A stretch of 64,000 bases of DNA from an uncultured delta proteobacterium (lineage in GTDB: Bacteria; Myxococcota_A; Polyangia; Polyangiales; Polyangiaceae). The DNA is taken from assembly GCA_963806225.1 (NCBI GenBank), contig CAWDXG010000004.1, positions 2,080,001 through 2,144,000 of the forward strand, given 5' to 3'. A program made the position numbers and the translations under genes. This document shows positions 1 to 9,654 of the stretch, in pieces. Within the stretch, counting starts at the first letter, position 1. Every line of letters begins with the position of its first letter. The notes under the pieces were generated by a model that was given only the letters and a program-made list of their open reading frames with translations, was not told the DNA's origin and ran no database searches.

Positions 1-171
1 GCCGGTGCCGAACGCACCGTAGCCGCCCGTGTTGCCACCATTCGCGCTTCCGCCACCGCCTCCGGTGCCGAAGATCCCGGAGCCCCCGCCACCGGTTCCG
101 CCGCAAGCAACGGCGAGCCCGATCGACGCGGCGACTGACAGGATGCCTGAAAAGATTCGACTAGCTCGCAC
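1..171 (-). CDS. Lipoprotein with Gly-rich linker, 5' part only (runs off the window edge; absent from the ORF track)
   Basis: Minus strand from GTG at 171 reads MRASRIFSGILSVAASIGLAVACGGTGGGGSG...; lipobox-like AVAC; strong Shine-Dalgarno AAGGAGGT at 184-177. Confidence 0.8.
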   Translation of the reverse strand, partial: MRASRIFSGILSVAASIGLAVACGGTGGGGSGIFGTGGGGGSANGGNTGGYGAFGTG

Positions 172-373
172 AAGACACCTCCTTCACCTTCCCCGGGAAT
201 CGTACGCGATTTGACGCCTGTCGTCAGGGCGGCGCCGGAAAGGAAACAAGTAGCCCCTGATTATCATAGCGCAGAGCCGCAACCGCGGGGCATGTTCGGC
301 AGCGGAACCCATACAACCACGATGGGGAGCCGTAGGCTACATTGTAGGTGAGTTCCGCACACACCGAGGACCC

Positions 374-1147
374 ATGGACGACGCGAACCAGAGCGGTGCC
401 GCGACCAGCAACATCGCCGCCAGCATCTTCCACGACCTGCGCGGACAGATCCTGCGCGGCGAGCTGGCGGCCGGCGAGCGGCTGCCGGGCGAGCGCGAGC
501 TGGCGACGCGCTACGGCACCAACCGCAACACGCTGCGCGAAGCCGTGCGCCGTCTGGAACAGTCGCGACTGGTGACGGTCCGCCACGGGCAGGGCGTCAC
601 CGTCGCGGACTTCCGCAAGACGGGCACCATGGAGCTCCTGCCGCCGTTTCTGGAGACCGCGCCGGACCCCGGCGAGGTGGTACGCATCCTCGAGGACATC
701 CTGCCCGCGCGCCTGCTCGTGATCGAGTTCGCTGCACGTCAGGCGTGCCGTCGCGCGGACCGGACCGACGTCGAGCGCGTCCGCGACATCACCGATCTCT
801 TGATCACCGCGTTCCACGGCGGCGACCCGGCGGTCATCGCGCGCGGCTTCCAGCGCTGGATGGATGCCGTCATCGACGGCGGTCACTCGGTCGCCATCCG
901 CTGGATCGCCAATCCCTTCCTCGAAGCCTACCGCGACATGCTCGAGCGCTATCCGTCGCTCTGGGTACTGGACCCGAGCTTCCCTGAACACCTCCGGGAC
1001 TTCCTCGACGCGCTTTCCGAGTCCGACGAGGCGCAAGCCATCGAGGTGCTCCGCACGTACTACAACCGCATCGACGGCATGTTCATGAAGGCGCTGCAAG
1101 GCCTGCTCGGACCGCGCGCGCCGTCTGAACCGCCGGAAGCCGACTAG
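374..1147 (+). CDS. GntR/FadR-family transcriptional regulator
   Basis: N-terminal wHTH GERLPGERELATRYGTNRNTLREA...VRHGQG followed by an FCD-like helical domain. Confidence 0.9.
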   Translation: MDDANQSGAATSNIAASIFHDLRGQILRGELAAGERLPGERELATRYGTNRNTLREAVRRLEQSRLVTVRHGQGVTVADFRKTGTMELLPPFLETAPDPGEVVRILEDILPARLLVIEFAARQACRRADRTDVERVRDITDLLITAFHGGDPAVIARGFQRWMDAVIDGGHSVAIRWIANPFLEAYRDMLERYPSLWVLDPSFPEHLRDFLDALSESDEAQAIEVLRTYYNRIDGMFMKALQGLLGPRAPSEPPEAD

Positions 1148-2370
1148 CCGCGAAGTGCCGCCAGGCTGTCGTCGATCGCGGAAAGCAGCTCCGGCACCTG
1201 CCCGGCGCTGTTGGGCCAGTGCGGCGCGAAGCGCAGCTTTCCGTCGGGGATGCTGCATGCGACGGAGCGGTTTGCCAGCTCGGTCTTGAGCTCGATCACG
1301 CTGATCCCGGCAGGCGGCAGCACACTCAACGTACACGAACGCCGCGCCGCATCCGGCGCGCGCAGGCTCTCGAAGCCCCGCTGGACGAGCCCCGCTTCCA
1401 GCGGCTCCAATAATGAGCCCACGTGGCGGTAGATGCTGTCCACTCCGAGCTCGAGGATCAGATCCAACGACGCCTCGAGCGCCGCGAAGCCGAGCGCGTT
1501 GTTGGCGCCGCCCTCGAACAGCTCGGCCCCCTTCTTGATGGGCCGATCGTAGCGGAGGTGTCCCTCACCCTCGAACAGGAAGCGAAGAGCATCCTCGTGG
1601 CTGGTCCAGCCGGCGACCGCGGGCCTGAGCGCCTGCACCCGTTCCGGTGCCACGTACAGGAACCCCGCGCCCTCGAGTCCCATCAGCCACTTGTGGCTTC
1701 CCGAGCTCAGGTAGTCGATGTGCTCGGCGCGTACGTCGACGGGCACCGATCCACAGGCCTGGATCGCGTCCACGAAGAGCTCCGCTCCGTGCTCGTGGCA
1801 GAGCGCGCCCATCGCCGCGATCGGCATGCGCAATCCCGTCTGGAACTCGACGACGCTCGCCGCGACCAGCCGCACGCCGCGCTCGAGCTCGCCGCGAAGC
1901 CGCGCGAGCGCCCGCTCCACGTCTTGCTGGTAGTCCTGGATCGACAGGAACACGATCTCCAGCCCGAACAGCTCCGCCGCACGCTGCCACGGCGTCACGT
2001 TGGCCGGGAACTCGCCCTCGAATACCACGACGCGATCCCCCTTCTTCCACGGCAGGCACAACGCGATGTCGGTCACGCCGCGCGTGGTGTTCGAGATCAG
2101 CCCGAGATCCCCGGGCTCCGCCCCGATCAAGCCGGCCAACTTCCCCTTCAGGCGCGAACGCTGCTCCACGTACAGCGGCACCGCGCCGACCCCGAGTCGC
2201 GAATAGTCATCAAGGACGCGCTCGGCCGCGGCACGCACAGCCAACGATGGCGGCGAGACGGCCGCGTGATTCATGTACAGGCGCGCTTCGAGGTCGGGGA
2301 ACAAGCGGCGGTCGCCCAGCGCGGGGCGGAGGTCCGGGCCGGCCGGCGGGGTCCTTCGAGGGTTCGACAT
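1144..2370 (-). CDS. Class V PLP-dependent aminotransferase (cysteine desulfurase/selenocysteine lyase-like)
   Basis: YMNHAAVSP, EFPAN, VDAIQ and SGSHKWLMG (PLP lysine) motifs. Confidence 0.9.
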   Translation of the reverse strand: MSNPRRTPPAGPDLRPALGDRRLFPDLEARLYMNHAAVSPPSLAVRAAAERVLDDYSRLGVGAVPLYVEQRSRLKGKLAGLIGAEPGDLGLISNTTRGVTDIALCLPWKKGDRVVVFEGEFPANVTPWQRAAELFGLEIVFLSIQDYQQDVERALARLRGELERGVRLVAASVVEFQTGLRMPIAAMGALCHEHGAELFVDAIQACGSVPVDVRAEHIDYLSSGSHKWLMGLEGAGFLYVAPERVQALRPAVAGWTSHEDALRFLFEGEGHLRYDRPIKKGAELFEGGANNALGFAALEASLDLILELGVDSIYRHVGSLLEPLEAGLVQRGFESLRAPDAARRSCTLSVLPPAGISVIELKTELANRSVACSIPDGKLRFAPHWPNSAGQVPELLSAIDDSLAALRG

Positions 2371-2455
2371 GGCGGCCAGCGTAGATCATCCGGGCGGCGT
2401 TGTGCCGCCGCGTGGCGCTTGCCAAGCGCCCAGCTCGGGATGACGCTAGGGGCAC

Positions 2456-4849
2456 ATGTCGAAGTCGGGGATCGGCGGGCGTTGGGCGCTCCGGACGTGC
2501 GCCGCGCTGCTCTCGCTCGGCCTGTACAGCGCGTCCGCCCGGGCGGACGAGGGGCAGTGGCCCCCGGGCCAGCTCGGCGACCTCGACCCGGTGCATCTGA
2601 AGAGTCTCGGCCTGGAGCTCCGGGCGCGACAGCTCCGAGTCGGCAGTCGCGGGCTGCTCGGGGCCGTCGTCAAGCTCGGCGACTGCTCGGCCGCGTTCGT
2701 TTCACCGAGCGGCCTCGCCCTGACCAGCCAGCACTGCATCGACCGCGCTCTCCGCGCGTCGAGCAAGGGCGAGCACGACTACCTCGCCCAGGGGCTCCTG
2801 GCGCGCAAGCCCGGAGACGAGCTGCCGGCGGCGGGTTTCACCGTCGAGGTGCTCGAGGACTCGACCGACGTCACGGGCGACATTGTGTCCGCGGCCAACA
2901 AGACTCACGACGACGCCGCGCGCGAACGCGCCATCGAACGCGCGGCGGACCGAGACGTCGCACGCTGCGAACGCCGACACCCCGGCCGTCGCTGCCGCGT
3001 GAAGCGCTTCTATCTCGGCAAGGAGTTCAAGCTGCTGCAGCTTCTCGAGCTTCACGATGTGCGCGTCGTCTACGCGCCGCCGGCAGGCATCGCGCGCTTC
3101 GGCGGCAGCGTCGTGGACGGCATGTGGCCGCGCCACGCCGGTGACTTCGCCATCCTGCGCGCCTATGTCGGCCGCGACGGCAAGCCCGCGGACTTCGCCA
3201 AGGACAACGTGCCCTTCAAGCCCGGGCAGTGGCTTCACCTCGGCGACGAGGGTATCGAACCAGGCGACTTCGTCGCCGCGCTGGGCTATCCCACCGGCAC
3301 CCGGCGCTACCTGCCAGCGGTCGAGCTCGCGCGCTACGTCGAGCAGGTTCTGCCGGCGCGTGCCGGCCTGTACAGCGAATGGGTCAACGCGCTCACGCGC
3401 CAGGCCGCTCGTTCGCCCGCCGTCCAGACTCGCGTCGCGATGCATAAGCAGGAGCTGGAGCGCCGGCTGCAGACTACGCGCGACCTGCTCGAAGCCTGCA
3501 ACAAGCTCCACCTCGTCGAACAGGGCAAGCGCCGGCAGCGCCGCCTCGAATCCTGGTGCGCCGCCGGCCCCGGACGCCAACGTTACCTGGACTCCATGAC
3601 CGCGCTCGCAGGGCTGTCGGCAGCGCGCCGCGCACGCTTCAACAGGGCGCTCCTGCTCGACAGCGTGCAGCACGGCCCCGCTCTGCTCGCCGTCGCCGTC
3701 GATCTGGTGCGCCGCGCGCGAGAGCGCAGCATCCCCGCTCGGCAGTCGAACTCCACGCATGTGGAGAAAAACGCCGGCCGGCTCCGGGAAATCGAAGCAC
3801 AGCGCCTGGAGCACGCGGATCCCTCGGTGGACGGCGAGTTGTTGACGTCGCTGGTCCTGCGCGCCCGCGGCCTGCCGAAGGCCGAGCGTATTGAAGCGTT
3901 CGACAAGCTCGCTGGACCGCTGGGCGACAAGCAGCGCGGCGCGCTGGTGCGAAAGCTCACCGCGCTCGTCCGGCGCTCGCGCCTTTCCGACACGAAGCAC
4001 GCCCGCGAGCTGTTCGGCCAGGCCGATGCGGCCGCGCTCGACAAGAGCCGCGATCCCATGATCGTCCTGGCGCGTGGCGTGGCCGACGCGATCGATCGGC
4101 TCGACGAAGAGCGCTCGCGGGAGCGCGGCACCGAATCGCGCGTCGCTGCCGACTACTTCAAGATGCTCCGACGCGTCCAGCACGGGCCCGTCTATCCCGA
4201 CGCAAACGGCACGCTGCGCCTGAGCTACGGCACGGTGGCGGGCTACGAGCCGGAGGACGGCCTGCGCGCCGAAGCGCAAACCACGCTGCGCGGCGCTATC
4301 GACAAGTCCACCGGAGAGAAGCCCTTCGACCTGCCCCGCCGCCTGCTCGACAAGGCGCCGGGGGCGGCCGCCAGCTACTGGGCCGATCCCGACCTGGACG
4401 ACCTGCCGGTTTGTTTCCTTTCGAGCGCCGACACCAGTGCCGGCAACGCTGGCGGGCCGGTCATCGACGGGCGCGGACACCTCGTCGGGCTCGTTTTCGA
4501 CCGCGTCGAGGACGACATCGCGAGCGACTTCTCCTTCAGCGCCGATCGCACCCGCGCGATCGGCGTCGACATCCGCTACATGCTCTGGCTGCTGGACCGC
4601 GTGGACGACGCGGGCGGTCTGCTGCGCGAGCTCGGCGTCTCGCAATATCGCTCGGCCCCCTCGCGCCGCGAACGCGCCGCCGCCCCCCGCCTCCACGGCC
4701 CCGGCGTCTCGAAGACCCACCGCGGCGTCCACCCGAACGCGTGCGGGTGTGCGGTTCCGGGTGGAAATACCGGCGGCCCGCGCGCCTGGTGGCTGCTCTT
4801 TCCCGCTCTCATCCTGCGCCGCCGCGCACTCTTCTCGCCTGGTGGCTGA
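2456..4849 (+). CDS. S46 (DPP7/DPP11-like) peptidase homologue with signal peptide and MYXO-CTERM-like tail; catalytic Ser replaced by Ala
   Basis: ADEGQW N-terminus, CSAAFVS, TSQHC, MWPRHAGDF, YPDANGTLRLSYG; DTSAGNAGGP in place of GGNSGSP; C-terminal CGCAVPG...WWLLFPALILRRR. Confidence 0.85.
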   Translation: MSKSGIGGRWALRTCAALLSLGLYSASARADEGQWPPGQLGDLDPVHLKSLGLELRARQLRVGSRGLLGAVVKLGDCSAAFVSPSGLALTSQHCIDRALRASSKGEHDYLAQGLLARKPGDELPAAGFTVEVLEDSTDVTGDIVSAANKTHDDAARERAIERAADRDVARCERRHPGRRCRVKRFYLGKEFKLLQLLELHDVRVVYAPPAGIARFGGSVVDGMWPRHAGDFAILRAYVGRDGKPADFAKDNVPFKPGQWLHLGDEGIEPGDFVAALGYPTGTRRYLPAVELARYVEQVLPARAGLYSEWVNALTRQAARSPAVQTRVAMHKQELERRLQTTRDLLEACNKLHLVEQGKRRQRRLESWCAAGPGRQRYLDSMTALAGLSAARRARFNRALLLDSVQHGPALLAVAVDLVRRARERSIPARQSNSTHVEKNAGRLREIEAQRLEHADPSVDGELLTSLVLRARGLPKAERIEAFDKLAGPLGDKQRGALVRKLTALVRRSRLSDTKHARELFGQADAAALDKSRDPMIVLARGVADAIDRLDEERSRERGTESRVAADYFKMLRRVQHGPVYPDANGTLRLSYGTVAGYEPEDGLRAEAQTTLRGAIDKSTGEKPFDLPRRLLDKAPGAAASYWADPDLDDLPVCFLSSADTSAGNAGGPVIDGRGHLVGLVFDRVEDDIASDFSFSADRTRAIGVDIRYMLWLLDRVDDAGGLLRELGVSQYRSAPSRRERAAAPRLHGPGVSKTHRGVHPNACGCAVPGGNTGGPRAWWLLFPALILRRRALFSPGG

Positions 4850-4915
4850 GGGCTCTGGCGGCGGACAGGGAGCCTGCTCCGGGAGCATCGAGGCGCCCCC
4901 GCCCGGGAAGTGCAC

Positions 4916-4931
4916 CTGAGCGTCTAGACAG
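4916..4931. promoter_or_regulatory. Candidate operator (CTG-N10-CAG, SOS-box-like) upstream of the recQ-like gene
   Basis: CTGAGCGTCTAGACAG inside the larger inverted repeat TGCACC...GGTGCA (4911-4937). Confidence 0.25.
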
Positions 4932-5015
4932 GGTGCAGCTGTCCACTGTTTTTCTGTTCCCTTCAGCGACGTGGGGTGCTACGGCTTCCGGCTGATTTCC
5001 AGTGTGAATACAGCC

Positions 5016-7616
5016 ATGAAGAAGACCTCATCACGTCGCACCGGGGGGGCTCGCACAACGTCCGGCCGGAAGGCCCGGGGCTCCGCACCCACCAGTGCGG
5101 CGCGCCGGAAGACGCCGAAGCGCAGCGCCGCCAAACGCACCGCGAAGAAGGCCACCAAGCGCGCTGCAAAAAAGACCGCCAAGCGCGTGACGAAGAAGGC
5201 GCCCAAGCGCGCTGCAAAGAAGCCCGCGCCGCGCACCGCGAAGAAGGCCACCAAGCGCGCTGCAAAAAAGACCGCCAAGCGCGTGACGAAGAAGGCGCCC
5301 AAGCGCGCGACGAAGAAGACGACCCGACGCGCCGCACCCAAGCGCGCGACGAAGAAGACGACCCGACGCGCCGCCCCAAAGCGCGCGACGAAGAAAACGA
5401 CCCGACGCGCCGCCCCAAAGCGCGCGACGAAGAAAACGACCCGACGCGCCGCCCCAAAGCGCGCGACGAAGAAAACGACCCGACGCGCCGCCCCAAAGCG
5501 CGCGACGAAGAAGACTCCCAAGCGCGCTGCAAAAAAGACAACGCGACGCGCGGCACCCAAGCGCGCCGCCGGGAAGCCGGCAAAGCGCGCGGCACCCCGG
5601 CGCGCCGGCAAGAAAACCACCCCGCCTGCCACGGACACCACGAAGCGCGCGACGCCGAAACGCACGGCGAACAGGGTCGCCAGGGGCGCGACGCGCAAGC
5701 GCACCGCGAAGAAGGTCGCGAAGGTCGCGACGACCAGGCCGACGCGCATCGCGGAGCCGACCCGCACCAGAACCAGGGCGACCGAGCGGGCGCCCGGCGC
5801 GTCCGCCGCCGCGGCGCCCCAGGGCAACAACGCACCGGCGCCCGTCCCCGCGCCGCGCACGCTGCCCGAAGGCGTGCGCATCGGACGGCTCGCACCGCGC
5901 ACGGCAGCGCCTGGAGCCGCGCCGCCGAGCGCACCCGTCAGGACCGCCATGCGCGCCCCGTTCACGCAGGACACGTGGAAGGAGGTCGACGCCGCCGCGG
6001 CGCGGCTCGGCGTCACGACGCTCCGCGCCGAGCAGCGGCAGGTCGTCAAGGCGCTGTGTGAAGGACACGACGCGCTGGTCGTGCTGCCCGCGGGGATCGG
6101 CAAGTCGACCGCGGTGCTGATCGCGGCGCAACTCCTGCGTCAACCGGTCGTCGTGGTCTCGCCGCTGGTCTCGCTGCTGCGAGCCGAGCACGATCGTCTC
6201 CTGCAGCGCCGTATCCCGGGCGTGCGCGTGGACGCGAGCATCCATGGCGCCGAGCGTCGCCAGGCGCTGACGCGCATCGCGGCGGGTGGCTCGCTGGTCG
6301 TGCTGACCACACCGGACGGGTTCGCCGACGACGAGCTGGTCGGGGCTCTATCGCGCTCGGGCGTCGCGCTGGTCGCAGTGGAAGAGGCACACACAGTCTC
6401 CGAGTGGGCCCACCAGTTCCGGCCTGCGTCGGCCCGGCTGGGCGAGCAACTCTGGCGCCTTGGCCCGCCGCCCGTAGCGGCGCTCACCTCGACCGCCACC
6501 ACGGAAACACGCCACGACATTGCCGACCGTCTGGGCCTGCGCTCCCCAGCCGTTTTCGAGAGCGCGCCGCATCGCGAGAACATCGCACTGGACGTGATCG
6601 AGGCGCGCGGCGAAGTGCGGCAGCGCGCGCTGGTCTCGCTGGTAATGCGGCTGCGCCGGCCCGGCATCATCTACTGCGCGACGCCGCATGACGTGGAGGC
6701 GGTGTACGGCGCGCTGCGCGCGCTGCGCATCCCCGCGCATCGCTACCACGGCGAGATGTCCGCGGGCGAGCGCGGCGGCGAGCAGCTGAACTTCATGGTG
6801 CCGGGGCGCCGCACGGTGATGGTGGCAACCAGCGGCTTCACGCCGACGACGGGTATCGCGGGGCTGGGTGAGATCGGCCGGCTCGATCTCACCCCCAGCG
6901 GCTTCGGCCTCGGCGTACAGAAGCGCGATGTGCGCTTCGTCATCCACTACCAGGCCCCGGCGTCGCTCGAACAGTACGTGCGCGAGATCGGGCTGGCAGG
7001 GCGCGACGACGAAGCGGCCACCTGCGTGATGTTCCACGAGCCGGGTGATCGCAGCCGCAACGAAACGCTGCTGTCGCGGATCCGCGTGCGCCCCCGGCAC
7101 GTGGCAGCGCTCGCCGAGGCGCTGGAGAGCTACGCACACGAGGGCCGCCCCGCGACCGTCGAGGCGCTGGCACTCGCCGCCGGGCAGAGCCACAAAAACG
7201 CCGAGCTCTTGTCCGCGGTACTGGCGGACGCGGGGCTTGCGACGCTGTCGTCGGGCTGGGTGCGGCCGCGCGTGCCGGGGCCCACGCTGCTCGAAGAGAC
7301 CCGGCGACTTGCGTCACGACTTTCCACACTCGAGCGGCAGGACGCGAAGCGCCTGGCGGCGGTAGCGGACTACGCGGCGAGCCGGCAGTGTCGCTCGCTG
7401 TTCCTCGGCCGCTATTTCGGCGTGCTGCGCCAGGCGCCGTGCAAGCGCTGCGGCGTGTGCGCCCCGGCAGAGCACGCCATCGGCAACGACGCGAGCGAGC
7501 CCGCCCGCCGTCCGCCAGTGCGCGAGTTCTCCGTGTCGTACGCCGGTAGTGCGTACACGGATCGCGATCACCGTTCCAGCCCGCTCACCGCAAAGCTCGG
7601 CGACTTCGCGCGCTAG
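5016..7616 (+). CDS. RecQ-like helicase with degenerate ATPase motifs, fused to an N-terminal histone H1-like Lys/Arg/Ala/Thr repeat region
   Basis: LPAGIGKS, VVSPLVSL, VEEAHTVSEWAHQFRP, GIIYCAT, YHG, DVRFVIH, REIGLAGRD, Zn-site CR...CKRCGVC; start taken at ATG 5016. Confidence 0.85.
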   Translation: MKKTSSRRTGGARTTSGRKARGSAPTSAARRKTPKRSAAKRTAKKATKRAAKKTAKRVTKKAPKRAAKKPAPRTAKKATKRAAKKTAKRVTKKAPKRATKKTTRRAAPKRATKKTTRRAAPKRATKKTTRRAAPKRATKKTTRRAAPKRATKKTTRRAAPKRATKKTPKRAAKKTTRRAAPKRAAGKPAKRAAPRRAGKKTTPPATDTTKRATPKRTANRVARGATRKRTAKKVAKVATTRPTRIAEPTRTRTRATERAPGASAAAAPQGNNAPAPVPAPRTLPEGVRIGRLAPRTAAPGAAPPSAPVRTAMRAPFTQDTWKEVDAAAARLGVTTLRAEQRQVVKALCEGHDALVVLPAGIGKSTAVLIAAQLLRQPVVVVSPLVSLLRAEHDRLLQRRIPGVRVDASIHGAERRQALTRIAAGGSLVVLTTPDGFADDELVGALSRSGVALVAVEEAHTVSEWAHQFRPASARLGEQLWRLGPPPVAALTSTATTETRHDIADRLGLRSPAVFESAPHRENIALDVIEARGEVRQRALVSLVMRLRRPGIIYCATPHDVEAVYGALRALRIPAHRYHGEMSAGERGGEQLNFMVPGRRTVMVATSGFTPTTGIAGLGEIGRLDLTPSGFGLGVQKRDVRFVIHYQAPASLEQYVREIGLAGRDDEAATCVMFHEPGDRSRNETLLSRIRVRPRHVAALAEALESYAHEGRPATVEALALAAGQSHKNAELLSAVLADAGLATLSSGWVRPRVPGPTLLEETRRLASRLSTLERQDAKRLAAVADYAASRQCRSLFLGRYFGVLRQAPCKRCGVCAPAEHAIGNDASEPARRPPVREFSVSYAGSAYTDRDHRSSPLTAKLGDFAR
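5136..5308 (+). repeat. Coding duplication with 96-bp period (RTAKKATKRAAKKTAKRVTKKAPKRA x2)
   Basis: Identical blocks of about 77 bp start at 5136 and 5232. Confidence 0.85.
5301..5515 (+). repeat. 39-bp coding tandem repeat, 5 copies plus a partial copy (KRATKKTTRRAAP)
   Basis: Units start at 5301, 5340, 5379, 5418, 5457 and 5496; the full copies differ only at synonymous positions. Confidence 0.95.
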
Positions 7617-8599
7617 CTCGTGGCCTGGGCGCGGCGCCGCCGGCGCCGGATGGGCAACGGCTTCTTGTCGACGGCGTAGAGCGCAACGCGCTCGAGCAAC
7701 TGGCCGATGCGATCGGGGCCCTGCTTTCCGGCGAGGCGCCGGCGCGCCTGCACGTAGGCGGGGATGTAGCGCACGCGGGGAGGCAACAGCGGATACGTTG
7801 GACCGAGCGCACGCAGCGACGCCAGGAAGACCAGGCGCTCTGCCGGCCCGAATCGCAGCTGGAACTCGCGCTGGAGCCGGGGGGGCAAGAGCCCGGCCGT
7901 CATCGTCTCGAGCCACCGGAACAGCGGCCCGAGCGCGGGCCGCGGCGAGCTGAAGAGAAACCCCGAAAGCTCCAGCCCAGGCCCGCCGACCTTGATGATG
8001 TCGGAGTCGATCATGCCCTCGTAGTATTCGTAGAAGTCGCCCCAGCTCTTCGGCAGCACGCGATCGGGAATGCCGAACAAGAGCGCGAAGCGCCGCGTTT
8101 CCTTGTAGTAGCGATCCTTCTCCGCGTACGACAGCGGGCGCACGACCAGCTCGTACATCTGCACGGCGGTCTCGATCAGCGTAGCGTGCACCCACATCAG
8201 CGCGTCCGCGTCGTTCGCCTCGTAGTGGGAGCCCTCTTCGAAGCTGCCGACCTGCTCGGTGATGCTGCCGCTGATGCGCGAGTGGATGGCGTGCACGCGA
8301 CGCGCGGACTTCACGGCCGCATCCAGATCGCCGAACACCATCGCGAACACGTTGTCGAAGGTGCGCTGGAAGCGGCCCAGGGGATCGGTGCGCGTCTGCG
8401 AGTGCTGGTCGACGGCATGCGCCACGGCGGGATGCGCCAGCTGCATCAGCGCGGCCTTTCCGCCACCGAGGAACAGGATGCCTTCCTTGCTGATGGTCCA
8501 GGCCTGGCTGCCGGGCCCGTAGATCCCGACGCGCGGGTCGCTGACGCCGGCGCGGAGCTCGTCGATGCACTTTTCCAGATCCGCACGTGATACGACCAT
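7613..8599 (-). CDS. MpaB/DUF2236 (rubber oxygenase-like) family protein
   Basis: GPGSQAW, ALMQLAHPAVA, DPLGRFQRT, VHAIHSRISG, YEAND..LMWVHATL. Confidence 0.85.
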   Translation of the reverse strand: MVVSRADLEKCIDELRAGVSDPRVGIYGPGSQAWTISKEGILFLGGGKAALMQLAHPAVAHAVDQHSQTRTDPLGRFQRTFDNVFAMVFGDLDAAVKSARRVHAIHSRISGSITEQVGSFEEGSHYEANDADALMWVHATLIETAVQMYELVVRPLSYAEKDRYYKETRRFALLFGIPDRVLPKSWGDFYEYYEGMIDSDIIKVGGPGLELSGFLFSSPRPALGPLFRWLETMTAGLLPPRLQREFQLRFGPAERLVFLASLRALGPTYPLLPPRVRYIPAYVQARRRLAGKQGPDRIGQLLERVALYAVDKKPLPIRRRRRRAQATS

Positions 8600-8688
8600 C
8601 AGCGAAGCCCCTTGCCTGGACAGCCCGACACACTATTGATCCCATTGTGGAGCATCGGGCGCAAGCAGCGCGCCCACCGGCAACAATC

Positions 8689-9654
8689 ATGAGCTATCGA
8701 CTGGCCCGGGGAGAGAGCGCGACGGACGGCATGCGCCGCCTGGTGCTGGAACAGCTGGACGCGGCGCTGGATGACCTCGAGAGCCGCGACGAGCACGATC
8801 ACGACGAGCGCGTGCACGACGCCCGCAAGCGGCTGAAAAAGGCGCGCGCCGTGCTGAGGCTGGTGCGGCCGGCGCTGGGGGAGGAGACGTTCCGGCACGA
8901 CAACGCCTGCTTCCGCGACGCAGCGCAGGAGCTCGGAGGAGCGCGTCAGGGCGCCGCACTCGTGGAGTGTCTAGAGCGCCTGTACAGCGCCCATGCCGGG
9001 GAAGTGCGGCCCGATGCCTTCAGCGGCGTGCACAAGCTGCTCGAGGAACGACGGGCACACGCCGTCGGCGACACGCTGGAACGCGGTGTCGAGAGCGAGG
9101 TGGCGCAGACGCTGCGCCTCGCGTCGCACCGCGTGCGCTCGTGGACGCTGGACGCCGACCGCTGGGACGCCTTGTCCGGCGGCCTGGAAAAGACCTACGC
9201 GCGCGGTCGCAAGGCATTCGAAGCGGCGTACGCCGAACCGGGCACCGAAACTTTCCACGAGTGGCGCAAGCGCGTGAAGGACCACTGGTATCACGTGCGA
9301 CTGCTGCAGCGCATCTGGCCGAAGCCGATGCAGGCGCGGCGCCGCGCGCTCAGGGAGCTCGCCGATCTGCTCGGTGACGATCACGATCTCGGCGAGCTCC
9401 GCGACGTTCTGCGCGCGTTGCCACCGTCGCTGGCCGCCGATCTGCGCGTCGATGGGCTGCTCGCGCTGGTCGACCAGCGCGAGCGGGCACTGCGTTCACA
9501 GGCCCGCCACATCGGACGGCGCGTCTTTGCCGAGGAGCCGAGGCACCTGGCGCGGCGCTTCGGCGGCTACTACGAGGCGTGGACGTCTACCGGAGCCGAA
9601 GCATCCGACGACGCTTCGGGCGCGGCCACACCCGGTCGCAATACATCCGCGTGA
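8689..9654 (+). CDS. CHAD domain (polyphosphate-binding) protein
   Basis: VHDARKRLKKARAVLRL, FHEWRKRVKDHWY, LGDDHD; start ATG 8689. Confidence 0.9.
   Translation: MSYRLARGESATDGMRRLVLEQLDAALDDLESRDEHDHDERVHDARKRLKKARAVLRLVRPALGEETFRHDNACFRDAAQELGGARQGAALVECLERLYSAHAGEVRPDAFSGVHKLLEERRAHAVGDTLERGVESEVAQTLRLASHRVRSWTLDADRWDALSGGLEKTYARGRKAFEAAYAEPGTETFHEWRKRVKDHWYHVRLLQRIWPKPMQARRRALRELADLLGDDHDLGELRDVLRALPPSLAADLRVDGLLALVDQRERALRSQARHIGRRVFAEEPRHLARRFGGYYEAWTSTGAEASDDASGAATPGRNTSA

Noticed and set aside
309..347. GntR operator (CCATACAACCA and the CTACA-T-TGTAG palindrome)
   Set aside because: Too short and only a partial match to FadR-type sites; cannot be supported
4976..6245. Alternative-frame repeat ORFs (4976+, 4979-, 5031-, 4963-)
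   Set aside because: By-products of the stop-free 39-bp repeat; variation between copies is synonymous in the Lys/Arg-rich frame that continues into RecQ
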